A stretch of DNA of 56,648 bases from positions 1 to 56,648 of the IMG/VR virus record IMGVR_UViG_3300048834_000930; one strand, 5' to 3'. The position numbers were made by a program, and so were the translations under genes. Below are positions 27,302 to 35,661 of the stretch, one piece after another (the first letter of the stretch is position 1; every line of letters starts with the position of its first letter). The stretch comes from a virus (Duplodnaviria; Caudoviricetes). The notes beneath the pieces were generated by a model that searched no databases, was not told where the DNA came from, and saw only the letters and a list, made by a program, of their open reading frames with translations.

Positions 27302-27392
27302 GCAAAGGATGCACGGTAGGCGGTAGCCGGTGAGTTGTTGATTTATGCGTTTCAGTCAACTCAGATCGTTGGTTCGACTCCAACCCTTTGCA
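27302..27392 (+). ncRNA. aberrant tRNA-like RNA with extended anticodon arm
   Basis: Acceptor GCAAAGG/CCTTTGC+A, T-arm GTTGG-TTCGACT-CCAAC, D-like arm CGGT..GCCG, 33-nt hairpin TGAGTTG...CAACTCA in place of the anticodon arm. Confidence 0.65.
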
Positions 27393-27622
27393 CTTTCACA
27401 ATTCGAAACCCTGTTTGTGGGCAGGCGCGGGCGGACGTGGCGAACGATGTCCGGGTTCGAGAGGACTACGAGCGGGGCGAAACGAGCGTCCGTGCATTTT
27501 TTCGGGAGCAGAATAACCGGGTGGGGCATCCCATTGGCGAAAGTGGCCCCTGCGAACTGAGTCGAAATGGAGGATTTATGTAACCGCTAAATACGTGACG
27601 CCTTGCCCCCGATACGGGCACC

Positions 27623-27666
27623 TGCGACGAAAGGTTCATCCGGGTTCGATTCCCGGCGTCGCACCA
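27623..27666 (+). ncRNA. armless mini-tRNA-like RNA
   Basis: TGCGACG, 10-nt linker, CCGGG-TTCGATT-CCCGG, CGTCGCA, CCA. Confidence 0.6.
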
Positions 27667-27809
27667 TCGGCCGTAAACGAAAAGGGACGGTCAATGCAGG
27701 AGGAACGCCGCGAGTTCCTGGGCCTAGGCGAGGCCAAAAGCAGATAGCGGATGTGAAGCGCAAACAGCCCCGTCGGTCGGATAGCCGGCGGGGCACCTAG
27801 AGGAGAATT

Positions 27810-28112
27810 ATGAAAAACGATGAACTGCTCTCTGAGCTTATTGCGTTGCAAAAAACCATGCGCATGGAACAGTCGCCAGTTGTATCTGTCATTCTTAATC
27901 ATGATACGACGATGCAGATTGAGGGTCGCAAATATGTTTACTTACACCGGCAAGGCGAACATTTTTGCATTGGCACTATCATATCACCGGTGATTGGCGA
28001 GCTAAAAGCCTTTATTGGAAAGGCGATCGAAGATGAGATCGCTAAACTCCGAAAGCAAGCCGGAGATGACATCAGGACATTCGCCCTCATTTCCTCGGGG
28101 GTGACGCCATGA
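27810..28112 (+). CDS. hypothetical protein
   Basis: AGAGGAG RBS. Confidence 0.7.
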   Translation: MKNDELLSELIALQKTMRMEQSPVVSVILNHDTTMQIEGRKYVYLHRQGEHFCIGTIISPVIGELKAFIGKAIEDEIAKLRKQAGDDIRTFALISSGVTP

Positions 28113-28459
28113 AACTTGAATGGAAATCATCAACGACGGCCGTCGACGGCGTCAGTATGCCTTACCACTACCTCAATACGCCGACCGGTGTCGTGCTTGC
28201 GGGTGTCAAGCATGCCAGCCACGTCAAGATCGACGGATGCAACCTCACCGACGAAGGCGAGTTTGTGCCGGCCCAGGGGTTTGGGAGCTATGTCACCATC
28301 GGCCGCGAAACCGCGATAATCATTCTCAACAACATGATGTGCGTAAGAGGCAACGATCTATTGTCCGAGGATTTTGAGGCCGCGCTAGCTGATCTTGGCT
28401 GGCAGCTAGGGGAAGAGGTGACAGCACCCAATGGCCAGCAAGGTGACGTACAAGGGTGA
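28109..28459 (+). CDS. hypothetical protein
   Basis: ATGA-coupled ORF. Confidence 0.6.
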   Translation: MKLEWKSSTTAVDGVSMPYHYLNTPTGVVLAGVKHASHVKIDGCNLTDEGEFVPAQGFGSYVTIGRETAIIILNNMMCVRGNDLLSEDFEAALADLGWQLGEEVTAPNGQQGDVQG

Positions 28460-28928
28460 ACAATGGCTCGTGATTGAGCACCTGCACGAGTATCAGTGCA
28501 TGGCGCTCAAACACAACGAGCGCGACGAATTTCTTTTGGGAATCAAGGAAAGTGAAGTTGAAATGACCCACGAACTAACCTATGAGCAAGCCGAGTTCCT
28601 CCGCGCGGTTGCTAAGTTTCACATTGAGGCGACGTGTCTAGATGCGTCTGATTGGCGACCGCTGCTTGACGCTGGCCTAATCTGCGACCCAAGCGATTGG
28701 CCGGACTTGCACTTCGCTTTGACCGACGCCGGCCGCGAAGCCCTCATCGAGTGCAATCGCAAGTTCGTCACGGCCCCACGCGACGACATCGACTACGTGA
28801 TGAGATGCCTGAAAACCCGCATCGATATATTGGAGAAGCGATTAGTGGAACACCCTATTGAGCTGGCCGTTGTCGATGACATTCGCGATACGCTCAATGC
28901 TCTCATGAGAGTATTGGAGGCTAAATGA
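28431..28928 (+). CDS. hypothetical protein with winged-helix-like segment
   Basis: ELTYEQAEFLRA...LTDAGREAL, similar to 32559..32948. Confidence 0.6.
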   Translation: MASKVTYKGEQWLVIEHLHEYQCMALKHNERDEFLLGIKESEVEMTHELTYEQAEFLRAVAKFHIEATCLDASDWRPLLDAGLICDPSDWPDLHFALTDAGREALIECNRKFVTAPRDDIDYVMRCLKTRIDILEKRLVEHPIELAVVDDIRDTLNALMRVLEAK

Positions 28929-29107
28929 CCAAAGAAGAATACATCAAGCGATTCGTCGCTCGCATGTGCGAGGCCGCTGCACTCTATCCCGACGATGAGA
29001 CCGCACTTGCCGAAGCGGAAACGTTTTGGGATGAGTACGCATGCAAAGATGACAATCCAGACCCAGAGAGCGACGCCGATGAGGCGATGTTGTTTTGGAG
29101 TGAGTGA
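28925..29107 (+). CDS. small acidic hypothetical protein
   Basis: GGAGG RBS, coupled. Confidence 0.6.
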   Translation: MTKEEYIKRFVARMCEAAALYPDDETALAEAETFWDEYACKDDNPDPESDADEAMLFWSE

Positions 29108-29607
29108 AAATGGACAACAAACAAACCGTACTCGTCAGCGCCGTAGTCCACGCAAAGGCTGAATACAATTTTCACTTCGAGTTTGACGGCGACACGTCAG
29201 ATGAGGATGCGATGAAAGATGCGGCATGGTCTGCGCTCAACTCGGAGGCGATGATTGGACCTTTGGAGTGCTTGAGTCATGAGTTCGTAGATGAGGAGCA
29301 GTACAACACGGCGATGACTCTCGAAGTTGTCGACGGCTCGCCCGACGATTATCGGCCAGCGCCTAAAACACCATCCAAAGCCAAGCTCTGGCGGCGCGTG
29401 GCGAGGTTGGCTGGCGAGGTCATCATGAGAAATGATCCGGCCCTTTGCACGTACGGCCCGTCAATGAATGTGCTAAGTGGAGCCAGCGCTGTTAGAGAGT
29501 TGATTCGAGTTGTCCATGAATTTGAAGCGCAGGGGCTCGCCACGACCAGAAAAAAGCTTCTGAGCAGACTTGAAGCAGCACTCAAGGAATGGGAGGCAGC
29601 GCAATGA
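29104..29607 (+). CDS. hypothetical protein
   Basis: Coupled ORF, 167 aa. Confidence 0.6.
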   Translation: MKMDNKQTVLVSAVVHAKAEYNFHFEFDGDTSDEDAMKDAAWSALNSEAMIGPLECLSHEFVDEEQYNTAMTLEVVDGSPDDYRPAPKTPSKAKLWRRVARLAGEVIMRNDPALCTYGPSMNVLSGASAVRELIRVVHEFEAQGLATTRKKLLSRLEAALKEWEAAQ

Positions 29608-29655
29608 CCCCCAAAATCAACCTCACACTCCAAGTCGACGCCCCGGCGCCGGCGG

Positions 29656-29996
29656 TTGAGGAGATTTGCAGATGAACATTGGACCGACAGTTTGGCTATA
29701 CTACCCGTACGCGAATCACCACAAAGATGGCATAAGCGAGGCAAGGGTCGTAAAAGTCGGTAACAAACTCGCGCATCTTTTCGACGGACGAAAGATCGAT
29801 ATCGAAACGCTTGCCATGCGCGACCATTCGTCGATTCAGGTATTCCTCACGCGTGCGGATCTTGATGCGTACCTGCAACACATTGCAGATTTTTCGCGGA
29901 TGCAAAACCGAGTTACAAGGCTTCGCTCTCACGATGTGACGCGTGAGCAAGTTATGAGAATTCTTGAGATTCTGAATTGAGGAGATTTGCAGATGA
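29656..29996 (+). repeat. 20-bp direct repeat bracketing one gene
   Basis: TTGAGGAGATTTGCAGATGA at 29656-29675 and 29977-29996. Confidence 0.85.
29672..29980 (+). CDS. hypothetical protein
   Basis: GAGGAG RBS within the direct repeat. Confidence 0.65.
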   Translation: MNIGPTVWLYYPYANHHKDGISEARVVKVGNKLAHLFDGRKIDIETLAMRDHSSIQVFLTRADLDAYLQHIADFSRMQNRVTRLRSHDVTREQVMRILEILN

Positions 29997-30193
29997 TTTG
30001 CGCGGTATGCAACAACGATGTCGACACGAAAAAAGTGTGTACTTGCAAGGCGCTCGGACCAGGAAGCGAGTGCGTCGCGTGTGAGGTTTGGAAGTGTCGA
30101 AAGTGCCTAAAGGTTTACGGGTGGCTTGAGAGCGGCAAGGAAGACGGCGATGGTGTTTGCGATGCCTGCTGGGCGAAAGATGAGGAGGTTTGA
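29993..30193 (+). CDS. Cys-rich zinc-binding protein
   Basis: Multiple CxxC pairs. Confidence 0.6.
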   Translation: MICAVCNNDVDTKKVCTCKALGPGSECVACEVWKCRKCLKVYGWLESGKEDGDGVCDACWAKDEEV

Positions 30194-30195
30194 AA

Positions 30196-30795
30196 ATGAC
30201 CAATCCAACCTACGAAACATTCCAGCGCGACGTCGCTGAGCACGAGCTTCGAATCTTGCACGACGACGGCATTTATCGCCACGTTCAGGGACGGCGCAAA
30301 TCTGGGAGCAGCGCCATGCATTTCAATGTCGTCACCTTCCCAGGCTACCTCGCGTACACCGGAGACTGCGGCGCGTTCACATTTTGGCGGACGACTGACA
30401 TGTTCACCTTTTTTCGCACGAAGGATCCATCGCAAATTAATCCACACTATTGGGCGCAGAAACTAGAGGCCACGCGCCGCACTGATGGCTTCAAAGAGTT
30501 CAGCCATGAGTCTCTAACGAGCCACTGTTGGGACTATATGCGGCAGTTTCAAGGGGATTTCGACGCAAAGAAGCGCGGTGAGATTGGCCAGGCGATCATC
30601 GACGAAGTGCTTTGTGCGGATAGTCTTGAGGATGCGCATGAAAGGCTTCGAGATTTTGAGGTCGACGGGGAGCAATTCTTCAGCGACTCATGGGAATGGG
30701 ATTTGACAGATTACACCGCGCGATTCATCTGGTGCTGCTACGCCATTGTTTGGGCGATTGCGCGGTACGATGAGCAGAAAGGACAATCAACATGA
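30196..30795 (+). CDS. conserved phage hypothetical protein
   Basis: LHDDGIYRH...PGYLAYTGDCG...DMFTFFR...INPHYW...FIWCCYAI pattern; GAGGAGG RBS. Confidence 0.75.
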   Translation: MTNPTYETFQRDVAEHELRILHDDGIYRHVQGRRKSGSSAMHFNVVTFPGYLAYTGDCGAFTFWRTTDMFTFFRTKDPSQINPHYWAQKLEATRRTDGFKEFSHESLTSHCWDYMRQFQGDFDAKKRGEIGQAIIDEVLCADSLEDAHERLRDFEVDGEQFFSDSWEWDLTDYTARFIWCCYAIVWAIARYDEQKGQST

Positions 30796-31160
30796 CCATA
30801 TTCAACCTTTCACAATCCGCTATAAACTGGCTCGCAGATGGCGAACGCGGACTGAGCAGCGAGCAGATGTTTGAGACATTCACCGGTCTCCCATGTGTAT
30901 CGAGGGATTTTCGAAATCCCCCGTGTCATCCGCATGACCCAGACGACCTGCGCCGCTGCATGGCGTTGCTGAAAGATGTTCCCGAGTTTCGTGGGATAAT
31001 GCATGAGATGCGCAAGGTTTCGCCGGCGTGGTCTCGTCTAGTCGATCGATGGGATGAATTGGCTGCGTTGCTGGAGCAAGAGATGGCTGACAGGAGCAAC
31101 AAAGGCAGGGCTACCAAGACCTACGACTTGATGAAAGAGATTTTGAGAGGAGCACAATGA
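30792..31160 (+). CDS. conserved phage hypothetical protein
   Basis: W..GERGLSS...PHDPDDLRRC..LL..VPE. Confidence 0.75.
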   Translation: MTIFNLSQSAINWLADGERGLSSEQMFETFTGLPCVSRDFRNPPCHPHDPDDLRRCMALLKDVPEFRGIMHEMRKVSPAWSRLVDRWDELAALLEQEMADRSNKGRATKTYDLMKEILRGAQ

Positions 31161-31414
31161 TCACCATCGACCAACTAAACGCAATCTCTGGGCGGCCAAG
31201 CGAGCTGCAGTGGCATCCGATCGCCGAAGGAACTGCCTTCGAGTTGGACCGGCCAGACACCGGACACTGGTTCATCCGTGTCAAGGCGGACGCATCGGCG
31301 CTGAAGTTCTATCTTAGCACGTATCCGGCGACGCCGACCGAGCTACTCGCATTCGCAACCTACATCCGCCGCGTCGAGATCGAGATTGAGCGGATGAAGG
31401 AGGCGGTCGAATGA
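31157..31414 (+). CDS. hypothetical protein
   Basis: GAGGAG RBS, coupled. Confidence 0.6.
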   Translation: MITIDQLNAISGRPSELQWHPIAEGTAFELDRPDTGHWFIRVKADASALKFYLSTYPATPTELLAFATYIRRVEIEIERMKEAVE

Positions 31415-31659
31415 CCTACCGCCAAAAACAATCACTCCGCAAAGCAAGACGCGTCATGCGTCGACCTCGGCGAAAGCGATGGTGCAGACTTTGCTCTGAT
31501 GGGATGGGCAGCTGCTGCTATCAGTTGTATAACACATTTGCACTTCATGCCTTCGGCATTCGATATGGCAAGATGCTATCTATGATAGAAGAATCACCAG
31601 GCAACGGAACATTCACCCACTGCCTGCATTGCGGGAATCCACCGAGGAGCATGAGATGA
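31411..31659 (+). CDS. basic Cys-containing hypothetical protein
   Basis: GGAGG RBS; CRLC...CLHCG. Confidence 0.55.
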   Translation: MTYRQKQSLRKARRVMRRPRRKRWCRLCSDGMGSCCYQLYNTFALHAFGIRYGKMLSMIEESPGNGTFTHCLHCGNPPRSMR

Positions 31660-31841
31660 CCAACCTCGATCGCCAGCGCCTAGCCCTTGAAGAGTACCTC
31701 AAGTCGCCGCAGGTGCAGCAAGTTATCGCTGATTCGAATGCTAGGATTCGCGAGTTTATCCTTTTGCTGCAACGCGCCGAAACGATTGATCCGGAAATCG
31801 TGAGACGCAAGCTCATTTCGAGCGAAGGAGAACCATCATGA
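31656..31841 (+). CDS. hypothetical protein
   Basis: Coupled ORF. Confidence 0.55.
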   Translation: MTNLDRQRLALEEYLKSPQVQQVIADSNARIREFILLLQRAETIDPEIVRRKLISSEGEPS

Positions 31842-32287
31842 CCCGCCTAGAACTAACTCCAGAAGAACGCGCCGTCATGTGTCATGCCATTGGCCTGAAA
31901 AGCCCGCACACGGGGTGCGAAACCCAAAATATCGGCTGGCGAAATCGCTACGTCTGCGATCCGAGCGAAGTCTGGTCCGGCCTAGTTGATCGCGGCCTGG
32001 CGAGACAGCATCGATCTTCGCTGTTGCCAGCAAGTGAGGTGTGGTATTCAGTGACCGAGCTTGGTTGGTCCAAATTGATCCCTGGTGTGCCGTATCAGGA
32101 TTTTGAATCGTCTGGCATCAAGATCTCAGGCGATCAGGCCAGCGATGCGCTCGGCGAGCCTCGGAGGAAAAGGCTAACCCGTAGTCAAATGCGCTATCAG
32201 AGGTATCGTAAGTTTGGCGACGGGTTCGATAGCTTCATTGAATTTTGCCGGTGGGATTCGGAGAAAGGACGTCCATGGAACGCCTAG
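31838..32287 (+). CDS. hypothetical protein
   Basis: HAIG...RNRY...W..LV..GLA...YSVTELG phage pattern. Confidence 0.65.
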   Translation: MTRLELTPEERAVMCHAIGLKSPHTGCETQNIGWRNRYVCDPSEVWSGLVDRGLARQHRSSLLPASEVWYSVTELGWSKLIPGVPYQDFESSGIKISGDQASDALGEPRRKRLTRSQMRYQRYRKFGDGFDSFIEFCRWDSEKGRPWNA

Positions 32288-32550
32288 AACGCTTCCGCCT
32301 AGCCATCGTCAACCAAGGATTCACCGGTGTCGTTTGCACCGCGACGCCTTGCGGGTGCGACCCCGTTGAAGACTTCGCGCCGTGCTACGGCAGCGACTGG
32401 ACGTCGAACAATACGGCCGCGATCCTAGAGCACTGCCGCGGCGGGTACAAACACCAAGACCCGAGTGGTCGACATCCGCATCCGGTGTTTTCGACCGGAA
32501 AAGAACCGATCGAACAGGAAGAGTACGACAGGATTTCAAACCTGGCATAG
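32275..32550 (+). CDS. Cys-rich hypothetical protein
   Basis: GFTGVVC...CGC...DFAPC. Confidence 0.55.
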   Translation: MERLERFRLAIVNQGFTGVVCTATPCGCDPVEDFAPCYGSDWTSNNTAAILEHCRGGYKHQDPSGRHPHPVFSTGKEPIEQEEYDRISNLA

Positions 32551-32558
32551 GAGTTCAA

Positions 32559-32948
32559 ATGACAATCGAATTGACACACACGCAAGCAGCTATCCTTCGC
32601 GCTATCAACTCCGACGCTTGGGAAGCTCGTTATATCGGCAGCCCCCTAATCGGCAGCGACGATTTCTCGTGGGCCATCGAGAGGCTTGAGGTGGGGGCTG
32701 GCTACTTATGGACGCTTACCAATGCTGGTCAGGAAGCCCTCGCAGCCTACGACGCCAAATGGGTCCCCGTCGAGAAATGGCGCCTGGAAGAAGTGGCCAA
32801 CTACGTTTCCGAGTGCACGCCACTCACCAGCGTGAGCGATGAGGAGATTGTTGCCGACGTTGTCGCCCGTGCACATTGCGAGATCATGCTCACTGGAATC
32901 GGCATGTGGGGTGAACCGACGGATGGTTCGAAGGAGGTGAAATCATGA
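32559..32948 (+). CDS. hypothetical protein, paralog of the 28431 C-terminal part
   Basis: AGGAG RBS; ELTHTQAAILRA...LTNAGQEAL. Confidence 0.6.
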   Translation: MTIELTHTQAAILRAINSDAWEARYIGSPLIGSDDFSWAIERLEVGAGYLWTLTNAGQEALAAYDAKWVPVEKWRLEEVANYVSECTPLTSVSDEEIVADVVARAHCEIMLTGIGMWGEPTDGSKEVKS

Positions 32949-33182
32949 GCCAAAGTCGTCGAATGTCCGCAAATGGAAACGTGCCTTTCAACGGCGATCG
33001 GATACGCCGTGGCGATGGCGACGCAGGCGGTCGTATTCCCGCTTTTCGGAATCCACGCCTCAGCTTCGGCACAATTTGAAATCGCCCTAATCTTCACCGT
33101 CGTGTCCATTCTGCGGGGGTATGCAGTGCGACGGTTCTTTGTCTTTTTGCATGGAAGGACAGGTCGGTGCTCCCCACCCTAA
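32945..33182 (+). pseudogene. small 2TM phage membrane protein with an apparent +1 frameshift
   Basis: AAGGAGG RBS plus MSQSRRMSA, extra A at about 32972, then METCLSTAIGY...VFPLFG...FTVVSILRGYAVRRFF in another frame. Confidence 0.55.
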
Positions 33183-34035
33183 TCCTCGCCGCCATCCTGC
33201 AAGTCCAAGTGGAGTCAACGTGTGGATAGTCAGCAAAGCCCTTTGCGAGAGCTCGCCCTGTTCGCCGGCGCCGGCGGAAGCATCCTCGCCGGACGCAATC
33301 TTGGTTGGCGAACTGTCTGCGCAGTGGAGTTCGATCGGTACCGGCAAGCGGTCTTGGTCGCGCGACAAAACGACGGGAGCTTGGATCCATTCCCCATCTG
33401 GGATGACGTTCGAACTTTCGACGGAAGACCTTGGCACGGCCTTGTTGACATCATTTCGGGCGGGTTTCCGTGCCAAGATATCTCAGCAGCTGGCGGTGGC
33501 GCCGGCATCGATGGTGCTCGCTCCGGCCTTTGGTCGGAGATGGCACGCATTGTCGATGAAGTTCGACCTGGATTCGTCTTCGTGGAGAACTCACCAATGC
33601 TTGTTTCCCGAGGTCTTACCCGAGTCCTCAGTGATCTTGCCTCGCTCGGGTATGATGCAACGTGGGGAGTGTTGGGAGCTTCCGACGTTGGGGCGTGGCA
33701 CCGACGCGAGCGCATCTGGATCCTTGCTGCCAACGCTTACGCGCTGCGGGAACTACAATCGCAAGGGTCTGAGCGAACAAAGCGGGGACGGATTGCACAC
33801 TGTGCTGCGCACTTTTCCGACGCTCACGAAATCCGACGCGAGGCGAGGTGGCGGACGAAAACCTCGAGGGCGCAGCGAGGGGCAAAATCTATCCGAGGTC
33901 ATCGAGGGCAGTCCTGGGCCGCTGAACCCAACGTGGTGCGAATGGTTCATGGGCTGGCCAATGGGCTGGACCGAGTTGAGGCGCTGGGAGACGGGTGGGT
34001 GCCACAGTGTGGCGCGGAGGCATTTCTTCGTTTGA
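33121..34035 (+). CDS. alternative-frame methyltransferase beta subunit (TRD plus motif IX)
   Basis: Overlapping ORF with LLPTLT/FPTLT TRD-like repeats and LNPTWCEWFMGWPMGWT; true start uncertain. Confidence 0.65.
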   Translation: MQCDGSLSFCMEGQVGAPHPNPRRHPASPSGVNVWIVSKALCESSPCSPAPAEASSPDAILVGELSAQWSSIGTGKRSWSRDKTTGAWIHSPSGMTFELSTEDLGTALLTSFRAGFRAKISQQLAVAPASMVLAPAFGRRWHALSMKFDLDSSSWRTHQCLFPEVLPESSVILPRSGMMQRGECWELPTLGRGTDASASGSLLPTLTRCGNYNRKGLSEQSGDGLHTVLRTFPTLTKSDARRGGGRKPRGRSEGQNLSEVIEGSPGPLNPTWCEWFMGWPMGWTELRRWETGGCHSVARRHFFV

Positions 34036-34055
34036 GTGAAAGGTTTGCTCAATGA
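33222..34055 (+). CDS. DNA cytosine-C5 methyltransferase (alpha subunit)
   Basis: Motif I LFAGAGG, IV GGFPCQDIS, VI VENSP, VIII HRRERIW, X-like ALGDGWVPQ; motif IX missing from this frame. Confidence 0.92.
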   Translation: MDSQQSPLRELALFAGAGGSILAGRNLGWRTVCAVEFDRYRQAVLVARQNDGSLDPFPIWDDVRTFDGRPWHGLVDIISGGFPCQDISAAGGGAGIDGARSGLWSEMARIVDEVRPGFVFVENSPMLVSRGLTRVLSDLASLGYDATWGVLGASDVGAWHRRERIWILAANAYALRELQSQGSERTKRGRIAHCAAHFSDAHEIRREARWRTKTSRAQRGAKSIRGHRGQSWAAEPNVVRMVHGLANGLDRVEALGDGWVPQCGAEAFLRLSERFAQ

Positions 34056-34104
34056 GCCGCTACGCACGCTCTTTATTGCTGGAACAGAATGAGATTAGTG
34101 AGAT

Positions 34105-34416
34105 ATGAAAACCGACGGCACCTTTGAGTTACTTGTGAATGAGGTCGATGCCTCGAAAACCCTTCTCGATCACACGAATGTGGGAAATAAAGATTCATAC
34201 ATCACTGCCGCATTGGCGCTGATCGATCACTTCAAGAGTGATGATTTTGCATTTGCGGTTTTTAGCGCGGGGTTTCGCGCTGGAGTTGCCTCAGTCCTTT
34301 TCGATGAGAATAAAGTAATTCGAAAGCACATCTATGAAGCGGCAAAAGAGCTCAACGACAGGAGAGTCAAGGGAAGTGAACGCACTGATAGCGGAAAGAA
34401 CGAGGCCACAACATGA
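34105..34416 (+). CDS. hypothetical protein
   Basis: 103 aa ORF, coupled to next. Confidence 0.6.
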   Translation: MKTDGTFELLVNEVDASKTLLDHTNVGNKDSYITAALALIDHFKSDDFAFAVFSAGFRAGVASVLFDENKVIRKHIYEAAKELNDRRVKGSERTDSGKNEATT

Positions 34417-34691
34417 ACACTTTCAAAAAGCACACCGTCGTGATCGACAACATCGCCTACGAATTCGAGGCGGCCAACTTCCCGACCTATTGCCTCGTGC
34501 GCGGAGGAGGCGAGCCGTCGCTTCATCCGGGGTGGAATGTGGATGAGAATGGGGAGTTTGTGCGAGTCGACGACGCAGTGGTCAGGGAGATCGAGATCTA
34601 TTGCAAGGACACCCTTGACTGTGCAATCACTGAAAAAGGGCAGCAATTTTGCGCGGCAAAGATTCTTGAAATCATCAAGGAGAAAAGATGA
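34413..34691 (+). CDS. hypothetical protein
   Basis: ATGA-coupled. Confidence 0.6.
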   Translation: MNTFKKHTVVIDNIAYEFEAANFPTYCLVRGGGEPSLHPGWNVDENGEFVRVDDAVVREIEIYCKDTLDCAITEKGQQFCAAKILEIIKEKR

Positions 34692-35200
34692 AGGATTTTA
34701 TCACATGGGACGATAGTGTTATTGATACGGCGGCGACTTGCGCCAGGAATGATCTTACCCAATGGAGCTGGTCTATCCCTCATTTGGAGCAACCCATCGA
34801 CACTGGGATTGAAATGCTATCTGCCGTGCTTCAACACGCAAAGAGACCGCGAAGCAGCATGTTAGTCTTCGAGTGCTTTCTGCTCGTCGCGCTACCTTCG
34901 CTTGTTTTGAGCCGGCTCGGTCTGAAGCAGAAAAAACAATGGCGATTCCTCGTTGCGCCAGCAGAGCTCAAATACCGATCGCTCGAAGACATGGGTCTGG
35001 ACTGGTACAGTATGATTCGCGCAGCCAAGAGCCAGAATGTGATCGTGGAAAATGCATGCGGCGAATGGTCGGCGGGCAAATCTGCGAGCGAACCGATATT
35101 CACCGCATTGGAGGCTCGTACCATGGTTGCGTGGTCTTGCGTCGCTGAGTTTGGCGCACAGGCTGAAAAACGACCCGGAGGATTGCCATGCGAATCCTAG
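34688..35200 (+). CDS. hypothetical protein
   Basis: AAGGAG RBS, coupled. Confidence 0.6.
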   Translation: MKDFITWDDSVIDTAATCARNDLTQWSWSIPHLEQPIDTGIEMLSAVLQHAKRPRSSMLVFECFLLVALPSLVLSRLGLKQKKQWRFLVAPAELKYRSLEDMGLDWYSMIRAAKSQNVIVENACGEWSAGKSASEPIFTALEARTMVAWSCVAEFGAQAEKRPGGLPCES

Positions 35201-35598
35201 TCACCGGCGATCGCGAATACCCAAGTAAGGCCCGCGTTTGGGCTGTCCTCGATGACCTTCATACAAAATACGGCATCACATTTCTCGCGCACGGATGCTG
35301 CCCGACCGGCGTCGACTTTTTCGCCGATCAATGGGCAGGTGACCGCGGCGTTCCAACTCGCGGCTGGGCGGCAAATTGGTACCCGAACGCAGGCTTGCAT
35401 GGACGTGGCCGACTCGACCCGACGGCTGGTCCACGTCGCAACCTGAAAATGATTGCTGAGGCCGACGCAACGATACTTGTCGCTTTCAGTGGGCAGGATG
35501 GCACTCGTGATTGCATCGCTCAGGCCCGGCGTCGCGGCCTTCCTGTGATCGAAGTGGACAACCAGCAGCAGGAGCTTTGGTCGCACACGTTCGCGTAA
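35188..35598 (+). CDS. SLOG family (DUF2493/YspA-like) protein
   Basis: MRILVTGDREY...AHGCCPTGVD..ADQWA...AGPRRNLKM...VAFSG..GT.DC. Confidence 0.85.
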   Translation: MRILVTGDREYPSKARVWAVLDDLHTKYGITFLAHGCCPTGVDFFADQWAGDRGVPTRGWAANWYPNAGLHGRGRLDPTAGPRRNLKMIAEADATILVAFSGQDGTRDCIAQARRRGLPVIEVDNQQQELWSHTFA

Positions 35599-35661
35599 AT
35601 TCCCAACCTTGCTTGGCCAACAAATTTGGCAATCGCTAAAAAACTTGGAGCTGAGAAAATC

